A DNA stretch of 63,982 nucleotides, filler included, from Lenisia limosa (Eukaryota; Protista; Breviatea): the NCBI GenBank assembly GCA_001655205.1. It is 15 parts of 15 records of this genome, joined end to end, with 100 filler letters (N's around TTAATTAATTAA, not from the genome) between each part and the next. Parts side by side here need not be neighbours in the genome. Positions count along the whole stretch, not along the records: positions 60,790 to 62,734 come from LPNZ01008714.1; positions 62,835 to 63,982 come from LPNZ01007176.1; 13 more parts are not named here. One strand, written 5' to 3'. Shown here piece by piece: positions 62,711-63,982 of this stretch. Numbering within the stretch: position 1 is the stretch's first letter; each line of letters opens with the position of its first letter. A program made the position numbers and the translations under genes. The notes below the pieces were generated by a model. That model was not told the DNA's origin. It did not search any database and saw nothing but the letters and a program-made list of their open reading frames with translations.

Positions 62711-63982
62711 GGTTGGTTATTGAGACATATGTATNNNNNNNNNNNNNNNNNNNNNNNNNNNNNNNNNNNNNNNNNNNNTTAATTAATTAANNNNNNNNNN
62801 NNNNNNNNNNNNNNNNNNNNNNNNNNNNNNNNNNGCGTGCCTCCCCAACCTTGAGTGCATCAGCCACATATGACACCAATGTACTGACTAATGTGATGTG
62901 CCGTTCTAAGAGTATCAGAAAACTGCCGTGTGACTAGGGATTCACTTCGGTTCAGGTAAAATGTCGATAATTTTCGGAAACTCCAAGGGGATTAATAGGG
63001 GGTTATACGTGTACACCCATGTTCTTCATTTAAATTTCCTTCGATAAAATCAGAACTCCCCCCCCCCCTCCCCCCCACAAACCAATATTATTAATAGAGA
63101 GGCCAGCTAGAGTCTCGGACACACAACTCCAATGCTTCCATAACACTCCCGGGTAGAGAGCCACAATGTTTCCTACCATGGCCGCTGCAATTGTGAGGGG
63201 GGGGGGGGGAAATATTATTNNNNNNNNNNNNNNNNNNNNNNNNNNNNNNNNNNNTGATATAGAATAATGTTATCACTAAATCCAAAATATGTTACGTATA
63301 ATAAGCCTCAATAAATATGATTTTGAGAGTCATTTTGACAATCAGAGAAAAATATATTTCCAAGTTAGAAAGGTGTCTTTTGAGAGCAATACTACACGAA
63401 ATATAGTCCTGGGAAGAAATAACCCCCCCAATTACCAATAAATTCGCCCAAAATCCCTAATAAACCCACAAACTTAGAGCGGAAGGCACGACAGAGGAGT
63501 CAGGCGGCACGGGGTGGGTGTGGCGGCGGNNNNNNNNNNNNNNNNNNNNNNNNNNNNNNNNNNNNNNNNNNNNNNNNNNNNNNNNNNNAAAGAGCCGAGC
63601 CGCATCCATCTGGAGAATGGGTAAGATGACTATTTTTGGTTGTCTTTTTTGTTTTGTTTCTTTTTTGCTTCTTCTCTTTTTATTGTCTTGTTAGCTTCTT
63701 TTTCTTCTTTTTAGAAGTGAGAAGAGGCATGGCATCTGCACCCCTCCCTCCTCCCAACACCATCCTTAAAGCAGGGTGGTAATTCAGAAAATTAGCTCGG
63801 ATTTTCGTACAATTTCATCTTATATTAGCGCATATTGAACGTGATTTACACCAAAGCTTGGAGTCTTTCAACCTGAAGTAACGGGTAGTTATTTACAAAA
63901 AGTAAATCGTTTCAAATAAGGCGTCTTAGAACAATTTTCTAACAGCATCCATGACAATTTTCTGAATTACTACCCTGCTTTA

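Noticed and set aside
61-63285. Most short ORFs in the supplied six-frame track, including poly-P, poly-G and poly-F stretches
   Set aside because: They are unspliced read-throughs of introns, repeats and N gaps. For example, PPPPSPQDKK at about 52800 is an acceptor C-run.

Overview
Eukaryotic, AT-rich, intron-dense draft DNA, probably from a protist. The gene mix is compatible with an amoebozoan, but the taxon cannot be fixed from sequence alone. The window is not one locus. It is about 15 small scaffolds joined by an artificial 100-nt spacer (44 N + TTAATTAATTAA + 44 N), so gene order across spacers is meaningless, and the supplied unspliced ORF track is mostly noise. Splicing exons by eye gives PEX11, a KP-43-type subtilisin (S8), a hybrid histidine kinase fragment, a cyclin, a ZZ-finger/EF-hand-like protein, a TM-Cache-like-TM protein with a degenerate class I phosphodiesterase domain, a TPR protein, an AhpC/TSA-like redoxin head-to-head with an Osm1-like fumarate reductase, an EHD ATPase, a multi-pass membrane protein, a decayed intron-bearing piggyBac-type transposase and half of a tRNA-Asn(GTT). 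Non-coding DNA is crowded with several small repeat families: hAT-type MITEs with 8-bp TSDs, TA-flanked Tc1/mariner-type MITEs, larger TIR elements, and two TIR-less repeats. The most unusual signals are (1) a repeat whose C-run end repeatedly forms intron 3' splice sites, (2) a G-run-after-donor / C-run-before-acceptor polarity of introns, and (3) the receptor-like pseudo-phosphodiesterase. No CRISPR array, operon or prokaryotic system is supported. Gene coordinates are hand-derived and approximate at truncated ends.
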